This document shows positions 13,991-27,000 of a stretch of DNA of 64,000 nt, one piece after another (the first letter of the stretch is position 1; every line of letters begins with the position of its first letter). The stretch lies in assembly GCF_009914755.1 (NCBI RefSeq), contig NC_060939.1. One strand, given 5' to 3'. The notes beneath the pieces are model-generated. The model was not told where the DNA came from and searched no databases. It saw only the letters and a program-made list of their open reading frames with translations. The DNA comes from the human T2T-CHM13v2.0 reference genome, Homo sapiens. The position numbers and the translations under genes were made by a program.

Positions 13991-14504
13991 CTTCATAAGA
14001 AGTGATTTAAGAAAAAGTACCAAATACTACCTGTGTGTGTATGCAAACTATTCTTCTAAGTAATGTCAGAGAGTTTATGTACCCTCTGTTACCTAATCTT
14101 GTATATAAGTGGAGATTTAAAAAGATGTGACCCATATTTGAGAAGAGTCTTCTGAGGAACAATTAGATAACATAGAAGAGTACTTAGATATTTTTTAAAG
14201 AATGGTATGATTAGAACACAGTCAATATTGTTTTTCTTGGCTTAGTTAGAACCAATTGAAAATAGTATCTTCTATCTTCCCCTGTGGGCCAATTCCTTCA
14301 TTCTGGATGGCTGAGGACTGCACCATTAACCCTCATACGCTCTTGGAAAATGAGTGGCACTGCTTATAAAAAAAGATCAAAAAAAGAAAGAAGGGAAAGA
14401 AAGAAAAGCAAAATAAAATAACTCACAGTTCATGTCTAAATGATCATAGATTATTCCATTATAAACATTTTAAATAAAAACAAACAATAACTAATTATAT
14501 AACT

Positions 14505-14600
14505 CTTCTGTCTTCCTCAATAGACTGGAAACTCCATGAGGGCAGGGTTGCAACTCTGGTTTGCTGATGTCTCTCTAGCGCTTAGCATTATAAATATTTG
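14505..14600 (+). mobile_element. L2 3' end fragment
   Basis: tagactggaaactccatgagggcaggg...ctagcgcttagca...aaatatttg. Confidence 0.7.
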
Positions 14601-14669
14601 CAGACATATTACCAATCAAATATTCATATCAATATAAGAAATCTCTCAACTTAAAGACATGTTACTTAC

Positions 14670-14810
14670 ATGTGTCTCATTCTTTTCAACAGCTGAATTT
14701 CACTGTAGTGAGTCAGTAAGATGAAGGAAGAAGTGGAGGAACCAGAAAGGAAAGAGCTCCCTTCCAAAGACCAATAAATATCAGCTCTGGCCAAGGCAGT
14801 CTGCTCTGAC
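14670..14810 (-). other. Candidate 141-nt internal exon
   Basis: tactccatacccacag|GTCAGAGC...GAGACACAT|gtaagt. Open in one frame throughout. The acceptor is only moderately pyrimidine-rich. Confidence 0.3.
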
Positions 14811-15059
14811 CTGTGGGTATGGAGTATAAACTTCCTTGTGCATGCAACTATTTTTCTCATTTTAGATTTTATTTTCTCCCCCAACTGTATGGAGTTTCCC
14901 TACATTTTGAGATGAAATTTGTACGAGAGTATTGTGTAGGCTTTTGTGGGCATGTTTGGGCCTCTGCATATAACTATAACATTAAACTTCAGGGAGAATA
15001 CACTCCAAGTTCTAAACAACTGATGTAATAGTTTTGTACTTGTGTCATTTACATTTGAT

Positions 15060-15200
15060 TCTGAACTGGAAGCACCATGAAGGCAGAGGGTCCGCTTTGT
15101 CCCACTTCTGAATAGACCTCACCTAGCACAGCTCCTGGCACCATGGCAGGTATTTATGCAATGGTAGATGCTTAAGGAACATTAGTGGGCAGACTGAATA
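15060..15200 (+). mobile_element. L2 3' end fragment
   Basis: actggaagcaccatgaaggcag...cacctagcacagctcctggcac. Confidence 0.65.
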
Positions 15201-15337
15201 TGTGGTTTTGAAGGAGGCAGCAAACCTATTTCTCCAATTATACTTGATGTGGGCTAATATTAGGATTGGTTTGGATTTTCTAAACATACAGAGATTGATG
15301 ACAGAGGTGACAACTCAGCAGAAAATATCGGTTGTCA

Positions 15338-15772
<435 letters not shown>

Positions 15773-17654
15773 TCACCCAGAAATAAAAAGGAGCTGCCAA
15801 AGTACCACCAAAGAACTCCCAGTAATACCAGGAGAGGTCACTGAGGCTGGCAAGGGTCACTAAGCCATGGGTAAAGGCACAACCAAAGGCTCTTCCTTTA
15901 TGCACTTAAAGCTGTAAGTTACGCTGACAAGGTGCAAACATATAGGTTTAAAGACCCTCGATGAGCGATATGCATTATCGCTCATTCCTCATTCCCATGT
16001 CCTCGGCGTCTAGGTTTTTAATTTATTTTGTTGTTTTGTTTCTGAGGTTATGTTTAGCACATTTAAAAGTAGCCCATTAAAAGAATTTCCAACTTGTTTC
16101 TGAAGTCATAAGCAAAAAAAATGACGAAAGCTTTGCCAAAATACCAAGGTTGTTAAAGAAGAGGAAAGATACAAGACTGGGACACTAACTTTAAATGTAA
16201 ACATATACTGTTCACGTATGCTCATCATATATACGCACATCTTTCTATAAGTACAAACATGAGTTATTTTATCTATCACATTATATAGCAGGTGAAATAC
16301 AAAAGTGAAATTAGACCTCTCTTTGTGGGTTTGATATTGTTTTTAATTACCCAGTTTCCACCACTCTGAAATAAACCACGTAGTTCGAAAGTTGCCTGAG
16401 TTACCTGCCTGGCAATGGTAGGCATCAAAATTGCAGTGAGTAAGTGGTTTCCTTCACACTCCCAAGTTTCCACATTTTTTTCTGTATTGGTTCAGCCCAT
16501 TCCTAATGTCTATGTTTGAAAACATTCCTAGAAAATTTCCTTTCACTAGTTTTGATAGATTCCCTGACTTCATTCCAATAAAGAAAATATAACTCATCTT
16601 AAAGTAATTGTCGTGAAGGACAGTCAAATGATTAAAATTTGTCATCAGCCAAGAGAGGAGAGAAGAAAAAAGCCTATAGCAGCAAACTCAGTATATCATG
16701 GGGGAAGACAAACAAACAGTTAACATATTGAAAATAAATGCTGTTTTGTACAGAATAGCACAACCTTGATGGGTGTACTACTGTATCTGAGGCTGACATT
16801 ACTTCAAGACAACAGAGTAAAGAATTTTTGCTACCAAGGCGTTTCTTTCACTTAAAATTCAAATCAGAATACAGCTTTTGTGTTGTAACTTTTAAAATAT
16901 GGAATGGAATGAAGCAGAAGTTTGTTCAAAATAACACCAGCATAATCTTAATGGCATACAACAAAATTGAAACAACGTTGATGCTTGCTTTTTAGAAGCC
17001 ACAAAGCACTTCTATTTTGTAAGGCCCTGTGACATTGTTGCACATTTGAAACAACAATGGCAATTAGGGAAGTGCCCCGGAAACCAGAAAAATGCATATG
17101 GGGTTGGGCCTATGCATCACAGAACAGAATCAATCTTCCTAATTAACGACAAATTAGCAATCCCAAAATGAGTGGGATCAACCTGTCTCCACTGGCCAAG
17201 AATCATGCTAAGTATAGAGCTTTCTCTAAGTGCCTCTAAATTACATTTACACCCATATAAAGTAACATTCTTTTAATCTAATACTACATTAGTGTCGCTA
17301 TTCTTAAAGTTATTACACCGTTTAAAATTTCTATAGATAGGCGGACAGATAAACAAATTAATAGACAGATATGCAGATAATCAGACATTTCACAAAGAGG
17401 GACGCTAAGGTGGTGACAAATCACTGAAAGGCAGTGCACAAAATCCCTATTAGCATGAAGCTCACCAAGGAAGAAAAGTTTATGTGTAATAGTGATATTC
17501 TTTAAGATCTAATGGCTGTTTAGACATATACTATATTTTTTTTAACATACAGAGATAAACGTTAGGAAAAAAGTCACCATTTAGAGGAGAATAATTATAA
17601 CCAAAGCAGACTTAATCGCTAATGACTGAAATAGCATTTTGCTAAAATTGATGT

Positions 17655-17812
17655 GCTGTTGGGTGGTGCCATTCAATATCCATGTGTTAAACATTGATAA
17701 GAGATGCCGAGTTGCATGACTCTGAAGGTGCTGATCACAGCGTTGTCTGTGCATATGATGCGCCCTGGAATTGTGCAGTGTACAGAGTGCTCAGGCCTCT
17801 ATAGTGGCCCTG
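17655..17812. mobile_element. MER91-like (hAT-Tip100) fossil
   Basis: ggtgccattca...gcgccctggaattgtgcagtgtaca...tggccctg resembles the MER91 palindromic arms as I recall them. Confidence 0.5.
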
Positions 17813-18064
17813 GCTGTACCATACAGAACAAACCAAAAGGTATTGCTCATAATTTTATGAATTTAAAATCTAATAAAGTGAGAACCATCTGTTGCCATTT
17901 TAAAAATTCAATTAATTTAAATTTCATCCACCAAGAAAATGAGGAATAGTGATTATGGTCTTTTTTTAAGATTAGTTAACATATTTCCACCAAACTTATT
18001 AGAATAGGAAGTTTCTTTGTTGTTGTTGCTGGCTTTTGTTCATTTGTTTTTGGATTTAATTGTT

Positions 18065-18240
18065 AGAGGGTCCATTGAAGGGCCCTAAGATTGTGGGCAA
18101 AATTGTATGTGTGCATGTGTGTGTGCACGTGTGTGTCTGTCTGTCTTCTGTCTGTCTATATGTACATATTCCTCTGGGGATATGTGGGTTTCATTACATT
18201 GTCAGAGAAGTCCATGACCCAGCAAAGGTTCAGAACTAGT
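18065..18240. mobile_element. hAT-Charlie-type non-autonomous element with internal (TG)-rich tract
   Basis: ttcctctgggga...tttcattacattgtcagagaagtccatgacccagcaaaggttcagaac resembles a Charlie-family terminus. Confidence 0.5.
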
Positions 18241-21134
18241 ATATTACAGCCTATTGTTAAATGAGGAAAAGCTTTGAGTGGTATGTTGAAGGTGGCTCCG
18301 AGTAGCCAAAAAGTGATGGACAAAGGAATTCATAGCCTCTTGCTAGAAAGAGATTATTCAAAATTTGGAAAAATTTGCTCTTCCAAAGATCAGACCTTGA
18401 CTGAGGGCCCAAGTGAGTAAACAAATGAGAACTCTGAAATCTCTCCAGGGTAGCCCATTAGTTTGACATGAAACACACGCTATGTTTGGGCCCCCTTCTC
18501 TCAGCACCCACAGTGGACAATTTTAGAACAGACTTTAGGGTCTGATCTGAGAGGGGCGGGATAGTCTGTTGTACTCCAGAGTGAGTCTCAAAGCTGTAAT
18601 CCTGCTGGGCATTTCCAGTCTGTGCTGCTAGTGAAAATTAGGTGGCTAGGCTCACTTTTGAACTCACTCTTGAACAAGTAGGAACACTATCTCAGCATCA
18701 GAGCAGTGCGGCTTTCTATAGGGTCTGTGGTCTAAGAAAAAAGCCCTAAAAATTAGAGGGTCTTCCCAAGGCCACTATTCACAAAGACTGGATATGTGTA
18801 TACATACATACCCATACACATATATGTATAGTTGCCTGAGAATCTAGTCACTGAGGAAGGACATCTCCATCTACATCATGGAATTTTAATCTCCTCCATC
18901 AAGTCATTTTGCATTTTTACATAACCTGCATGGTTTAGAGACCATTGAGAAATTGATACCTCAGAAAGAGATAATCCTTTTTAATGAATCCCAGACTCTA
19001 GTGCCAAGTATTCTTCTTCCCATTTGTTTAGCATTTATGTGTATGTGTGTGTGTGTGGTGGGGGTGGGCGGGGGGCGGAAATTTGGAGACACAGATTTTT
19101 AACTTATTCAGAAGGGATTAACAGTGAAATCGTACTACCTGTTTCACATTTTGACTTGTGAATTGAGTATCCTAACGCTTTTTGTTTGACTCTATTTATA
19201 TGACTTTCCAAAAGCCCCTGAGAAAACCACTTCAATTTATGCATTGGTTTACTTCTCTGTACAGAAGAATAAGTAACTCATAAGGGTGTTAGGAAACTAA
19301 GTCTTGTTGGTAAAGTGCTCTTCTAATTGGTGCGATACAAGTGGTGATTATTATTAAATGGTTGTCACTGTCACCTCTGCCTGAAGCCACCCCTATCTTT
19401 AACATTTCTTTTATTTTTCAAACTTCCTCTTTTCAACATTAATAAAATATTTGTCAGCTATGCATATCACATAAATGCATTAGGGCATAAAAGCTAACAT
19501 TTTCTTTTAATTTTAACAATGTGCATACTATTGGTAACGAATATTGAAAGAAATACAATGCGTAAGTAGATTTTACACCACATTAGAGTTGTCCAATTTC
19601 TCATGTTTAAAATTTTTCTGCATGACTAGAGCCAGGAAGAAATACATGCCAGCATAATTATATGAACAGTTGAAATTTAAACATATTGAAAAGGAGAGGA
19701 GAACATATCCACCCATTTGTGTTTTTTTTTTTCCTCCGTAACAATTCCAAAGATGAGTAATTTCTTTTCATAGAGTCAGGCTGAAGGCACAAAGCTTTAA
19801 CATTCAAAGGAGGGAGGTAGGGGGAAAAGAAGCTTTTTTAAGTACTGTGCAAATCAATACACAAAAAATTCTCAAGATTATAGTTTAATTAAAACGTGCA
19901 CAAGGCAATTCATCAGCCTCTTCCCTTGGTGTACTAGCCTCTAGAATTTGCCTTCTGCTTTCTGATCCCTGATGGTTTTAACTTGAAGGCATTTAAAATA
20001 CCGTTCAACGGGCACCTTTCCACTTATCTTACATTCCTTGTTTTTCTTTATAAACAAGTAATTGTACTGGCTTTGTGATGTTTGTTATGCTTCATGCTTT
20101 TTCATCTCCTGTATGAGCTTTGCCTAGCATGAAATGCTGTCATGCAGTGAAATTTACCTGAGAGCTAAAGGGAGAAAGAAAAATCTTCCAAGTGTATGTG
20201 GTTACAAGTTCATAGCCAGCTAAATCACTGGCAATTTTATGCTACCAGTTATTTCAATTTAGATGTTTGTAAAAGTACATCTAAAAATAAAATAACCACT
20301 CCCATAGTCATCAAAATGAAAAATCTGCTTGGATTAGAATACATTGTAAGTTGTTTTAAACTACCATGTGGGAATGTTAATATTATTCAATTCCTATTAT
20401 ATAGTGTTCTAGGGATACCTTGGCAGAGACATAAAGCTACTGAACTCTTGGCTCCTTAATAGTTTGACTCCCATTGTAATTGCTTTGTTCACTCGCTGCC
20501 CTGGGTCTTCATAATTGGTTAGAGTCCAAGGTCACAGATTCAGTATGGTAGTGGGAGCCACTTAGCTGGTTGTTAAGTTTCCAATGGTAGCTTGTTTTCA
20601 GTTAGTATTATCTTTTTTCCAGATTGAGAAATTCTTTTTTCTTTTTTTTTTTTTTTTTAGCGGAGGAGAAATTCTTCTTTTCATTAAATAATCTAGGTAT
20701 GTGCCTATGATGTTTTTGTTCAGCCTCCCTCCCCAACTTCTGCATACAGCAATTTTTAAGCCAAAAGCCATCCAGTAATATATTCAGCCCAAACCCAAAC
20801 TAAATTTTTTGAAGACTTGTTGAGGTTCCTTAAATGTTGCATTTTTTTTTAATTACAAATATCCATTTGGATGGACTGTAAATATTTCATTTAATAAAAT
20901 TTGTTTAAAACATCTCAATTCAGTGTCTTAGTTATTAATTTTTCAAAACATTCATGAACACAAAAATCTAATAATAATCAGGAAAGAGAGAGCTTTAACT
21001 TTTCTTAAAACCAAGGTTACAACAGCAATATAAAGTTACGTAGAAAAGAAGCTCATCATATGATCATACTGCATCCTTTAATGTATTATTTTTTTCTTTC
21101 TGAGATAATTTAACAATTGAAATGAAAAAACTTT

Positions 21135-21310
21135 GGAGGCAGTGTGTGGTGTATTAGAAATGACTCTGGATCTGGGGCCTTGATCTGTTTGACTATGGCT
21201 TTATCTCTAATGCCCTCAGAAAATCATTTTCCCCCTCTGTATCTCAGTTTTTTTTTTTAAATAAAATTAGAGTTTTAGGTTCAATTATCTAAAATATCTT
21301 TCCCACTTAT
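21135..21310 (+). mobile_element. MIR3-like
   Basis: ggaggcagtgtgtggtg...ccctctgtatctcagtttt...atctaaaatatctttcc. Confidence 0.6.
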
Positions 21311-21524
21311 AATTTATTTTATTTACATTAGCCAATATTTAGCTCAGTTAAGAGCTTCACTTTATAAGCAACTATTCAGAATTGACAGGAATATTATTTT
21401 ACATTATGAATTCCCCATTACCTGCAAATAAAGCATTAGTACCATTGAACAGTTTTTGCTGCTCAGTTAAGACCCTTTAGGGCATCTTTTAATACAGACA
21501 TCAAATATTTTACTTGCTCTGTCT

Positions 21525-21880
<356 letters not shown>

Positions 21881-24169
21881 GGGAGGTGCATTTTCTTAAT
21901 GGAGCAAAACTTTTCTTCAGTTAGTTTGACAGTTTCTATAAAGTTGATGGTAAACAACCATTTCTCCTTTCCTGAGCACAGGCTTGTCCAAAAGTGAGTG
22001 CAATTGAGTTTTGGTAGAGGAATGTGTTCCTGAGAACCATGTGAAAGATGTATTATAAAATGTAGTTCTACTGTAATTATGAACTGACTATATTTGATAT
22101 TGTATTCAATGCACTTCTTTAAATAAAGATTTAAGAGTCACAAAATAACATATTCTCATAAAATGACTCAACCTGTTATACTATTCCTTTTTATTATGAA
22201 TGCCCAGTTTTCTGAGGAAATTGTACAATTTTCATGTATTTCTCCAAATATAGTCAGGACTGGATGGATAACAAGGATGATTCATTCATTGCATTCAAGG
22301 GGAAAAGATAACTGTTTTCAGAAGAATTTCAAACTCATTAAAAAGCATTTGTTTGAGATCCAAGGGTTCCTCTGTATTAGTGTTAACCAATGAGAAGACC
22401 TGACAAGGAATATGCTTATTTTTGAAAGACTTCTTGATACAGATGAACTTTGGCAATAACAATATGTCAACACAAACGGTGAACAAGCAACCCATGAAAG
22501 AGGCCCTTAGGAAATAGATTGTTTAGTGAGTGGGTGAAGGAAAGACTGATTAAACTGTGTTTTGAGGTTGGATATGATATTGGAGGTACACCACAAATGT
22601 CCCACTGATTTATATATTTAAATAGCAAAGGTATAGTGACTTGTAGATTCTCAAATTTGTCCCTCCCTTGTTGTTTGGTCAGGAATTAACAAAATAGACA
22701 GTCCTCAAAATATCAACGTCTAGAGTCACTCTAGACAACCTTGACAAATGAAGGTGACTGGGTGAAGAAATCATTTGGTCTGATCATCTCAATAATTCCA
22801 AATTCAATAGCTTTTTGTGAAACGCTACATGTAACTTTGACCTGGTATGTGAGTTTGTTTGCTCTTCTGAATAGGGGTATCTACCTTGCAAGAAGGGATT
22901 TAAGAAACAGCTTATCAAAATACCAGGATAAGGCACTGTGCACAGTTTCTACATAAAAGCTAAATAAGATATACTTTTTATAAGATGGTATTTCATTTTT
23001 CACTACTGCTGCCTTTTAAAAATTTATAAATTGCTATGAAAGTGACAAGCCAAAATTGTATGAATGGTCACTGTTGAAGCAAATTACTTTAGAGTGGAAC
23101 TCACCCACAGCAAAATGTCTATGCTTTCCACAGCCAGATCAACAACATACTATTAGGAAGATTTTTGTTGTTGTTGTTTTGCTGTGGACCTGTTAGGGAT
23201 CAGGATGCTACAAAGAGAAACAAACAAACAAAAAAAAACCATGATGTAATTCCACACTCTTAAAAGACTTTTTACCCTCACAACTATGGAAAATTGGGGG
23301 TTGTCTATTTGAGTCAAAATTTTTATGACACAAAAAGTTTACTCATTTATTATCCTATGTAAACTTGCAAGAGGAAAGGCAGGCTTCTTACTTTGCCTAC
23401 TATTCCATTTTTATGAAGAATTTTGTGCTTTAAATAGATGTCAAACTTTTTTTTTCTCCAACCCTAGTTGGTCTTTCCACAGTTGGAGATTTTAAACGAT
23501 GTTTGAAATTTGGTTCTATATAGCTTTCTGCCTTAGGAAGGTCCTCTATGCCTAGATATGGTATGTCCTTTTCAGGGACCCTCTAAATCAAAGTGTGGCT
23601 TTGCCCCTGCGACCCAAGCTCCTCCAAGCACCCGCTGTCACCAAAGCCTCCTCTCTTTTTCTGGATGAGCTCATCTGCTCCCAGGACTGCAATAACATCT
23701 ATACCCTCAGACCTACCTTTCCCTCCCCTTGTGCGGTCCCACAGTGCTTCCTGTTATTCTGACCTCTTTCCCTACAGGGCTCATCTTTATTTTATGCTAC
23801 CTATTGTGAAAACAAAATCATCTTCCCAGAGAAACCATCAGGCCCCACTCAGATCTGCTATCATTGTGGAAAGAATCCCCAAGCCCCTGCTCCCAGGGGC
23901 CAGAGCCCAGAGTTGTAGCTCCTTTTTCTATTTTCGTCCCATGCTGAATTAGCCACCAAAACCTGCCACAGTTATAACAATAGAGATAAAATCGGTTTCT
24001 TTTTCTTCATTTTAATAGCTAAATCTCTGATTCAGGTTCTGTGTAAGTCACCTATCATCTACCACGACTGGCCTCTGCATCTCTTGTTCTAATCAATTCA
24101 AAATACAATGGTTAAAATCGTTTTTCATCTCACTTGCTTTGGCTAGACTTTTATTTTCAGTTCACAGGC

Positions 24170-24360
24170 TTAGAATCATAAAATATTAGAATTTTAAAGA
24201 TAGAAAGGACCTTAAAAATCACCCAGTCCCCATTCTCTTATGGACGAGGGAATAGACACTGAGAAAGGCTAAACTGACCAAGATCACACAAGTTGTTTGA
24301 GCTGGAATTAGACCCAAGCTGCTGATGTCCAGCCCGTTCTCTTTCACGCACCACACTGCA
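24170..24360 (-). mobile_element. MIR3-like
   Basis: agaaaggaccttaaaaatcacccagtcc...ccaagatcacaca...gagctggaattagaccc. Confidence 0.7.
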
Positions 24361-26910
24361 TCGTCTTTTGTCAAACACTGAACCTTCCTCCATGCTGTCC
24401 CCGCTGCAGCTCTGTGGACAGGGGTGTCAGCCTTTCTCACTGGACCTCGTGCACTTGCAAATGTCTTTCTCTCATCAGGCAGAGCTGGTTCCTCCCAGAC
24501 TCCTTTACTCAATTTCCCTACTTCCATGGTCTCTCGTACTATTTCCATATGACTACTAAAACAGTTCTTCCTGATTCAAAACTAACTTCCAATCTAATCT
24601 CCTCCAAGAAAATGCATGCTAATAGCTACCCTCTCACCTCAATAACTGGCTTTCATGCATGTTTACTTCTCCAGCCCACTCTCTAGCTTATTTGAATTCA
24701 ACCCAACGAAAAGTTATGCATACCTACTAAGAGTTATACACTGCGGTTCTGAATAATCCCTTTGTCACATAAAAGGCAGAAAAAAAATCCCAAAGCAATC
24801 TGGCAATTATTTCAGATGGTCAACTAGTTTGGAAACAGAGCCAAAGGTCAGGGCTGTCACTCATAAAACACAACCTACTTTTATTCTGGTGTGATGTCTA
24901 GGAGAACCATTTTCTCTTTGGATCCATTTTGCTGTCTTTGCAAGTGTTGCTATTGGGCTATGGAAGAGTTTCTAGGAAGGTCTAGCAATAGAGGTCCTTA
25001 TTTTTTTTTTTAATTTGTTAATGATTTACTGGTGTTATTGGGAAAATCATATCATCTCCATGATGTGCCAATTTTCTCAAGAAATTGTACCTGTTTATCC
25101 TCAGAACAAATACAATTCATTGTAATATACTGCAAGGGGCTCGCCCACAATTGCTTAATAAAATTGTGTCATTAAAAGTATTATTTAAAATTAGTGAACT
25201 ACTGCCTGGGCTGGAAATTTTTATTGTATAAAGATTTTCTGTTGTAATGGGATTTGACTTATTTATAATATCTAAAATTCTGAATTCACCTCATCACTAA
25301 CTTGATGGTAAATTGGCAGGCATTACTTACTTAGGGTATGGGACGGGTAAGCTTTCCTTCTGTGGCCAAATTATTGGCAAGTCTTTCATTAATCAAGTGG
25401 AAGATAAATTGCGATGGCAGGATATTGGTTCCCATGGATAATCTAAGGACATGACACTCTTACATAGTAACAGATGCTCAAATCCCTAGGGATATAGCAT
25501 CCTGAAAATGTTACCCTAAGTAGGAGCTACAAGTACTGGTTGCTGAGATGGAACCAAAGTATGGATGTGCCTTATCTGCAGAGCTTTGGAACTGGGGCAT
25601 TTTTTTAGTCTGTGGGTTATGGCCCCATTTCCAGGAAAATCTATCTGAGCCTAATGTAACCTAGCAAATCTTTCAAATGAAATAGTCTTGCGGGAGGCAA
25701 GTTGTCAGTTTCTGACATATTATTTAGAGCTCAGTTCAGGTTTCCTTCTTTCTTCTTTCCCTACTTAAACCCCCTGCTCATTCTCCATAAGCGCCATTTT
25801 CTAATTAAGGAAAATGAAATTTGTAATGTGTAGAAGGGAGACATGACCTCCCTTGCCAGCCAGTCTCGCTCCTCCCTGCACACCATTAAAAATAGAATCC
25901 AGGGGTGGTTGTTTTTTTAATTGGTATCACTTTGTCTTTAGTGCAAAACACATGGCAATAATTTAGTGAACTCCAGTGTTTCTCTTGTGGCAAATTGATA
26001 GCATAATTTTATTATGAGTGGAACAATGACTTCTGGGAGCAGGAGAGATTCTCTCAGAACTACACATAACTCGGTTGACTAAATGTAATACTTGGAGAAG
26101 GTAATGAGAATAGAGCCAGGGCTCAGCAAGGACTAGAAGATTTCAGTTTCTCACTCCTGTCAAAAGGCTACTCAATAAATCATACCTGAAGCTTATTTAA
26201 TGTCAGAAGCCAGTAAGCTGACAAAGTGCATTGGGGTGCTCACCTCAGAAAAGGCACACGGAGTCATGTGATCTCTGGTCCCTGGACTTGATGGGGTCAT
26301 AGAATCCATCTATGGATTTTAATAAGTAACCTATTATGTTCCCTTTGGTGCTAATTATTTTACACATCACTTGTTTCCTGTTTACTGACATTGCTTCAGT
26401 AATTTCATTATGAAAAAAGAATCACAAGGAAAGTTAATCCCTATGACTTTTGCCATTCTATTCCACAGGCAGTTTCTGCTTTTCTCCCCCTCCATTCTTC
26501 TTCTGCAGCAACCCATTCCACCTAACACAAACACGGAAACACAGAATCCATGGGAACATCACAGGATAACAGGAAACCTGCAATGAGCAAAGCCAAGCAA
26601 AGAGCTACCCTGAGTTACACAGATCCAAGACTATCAGGATTTAGTAACTCACGGCTAAGAAAGTATTTGGAATTTACCCTAACTAACCCAGCCTCAGGTC
26701 ACCCAGGAAACCTGTGACCAAATTCCATGGTGCTAATTTCTACAACCTTTATGAAAAGGAAATTTGCCCATGGGCACTCAAGAATCCCTGTGCATCCTTT
26801 TAACTGCATTGACAAAGAAAACAATGAGAATCAGATCAAAACAACAACCACAACCACTACCACCACCACCATGACTATTTTGCCCACCTCCTTATGCATT
26901 GTGTTGCATG

Positions 26911-27000
26911 CAGGTTGAGTATGCTTATCCATCAGACTACTGGAATCAGAATCTTCTCTTTTGGAAGAGCGTATTTTTCTGAATTTTAGAAAACCATGTG
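26911..27000. mobile_element. Tigger-derived MER (MER46-like) fragment
   Basis: Starts caggttgagtatgcttatcc, similar to a Tigger-type TIR. Confidence 0.35.

Noticed and set aside
19057-19078. G-rich run as a G-quadruplex
   Set aside because: Only three separable G3+ tracts.
20510-20570. tRNA-like head (ttggttagag...ccaaggtcac)
   Set aside because: No cloverleaf or intact B box. At most an ancient tRNA-derived SINE remnant, too degenerate to call.
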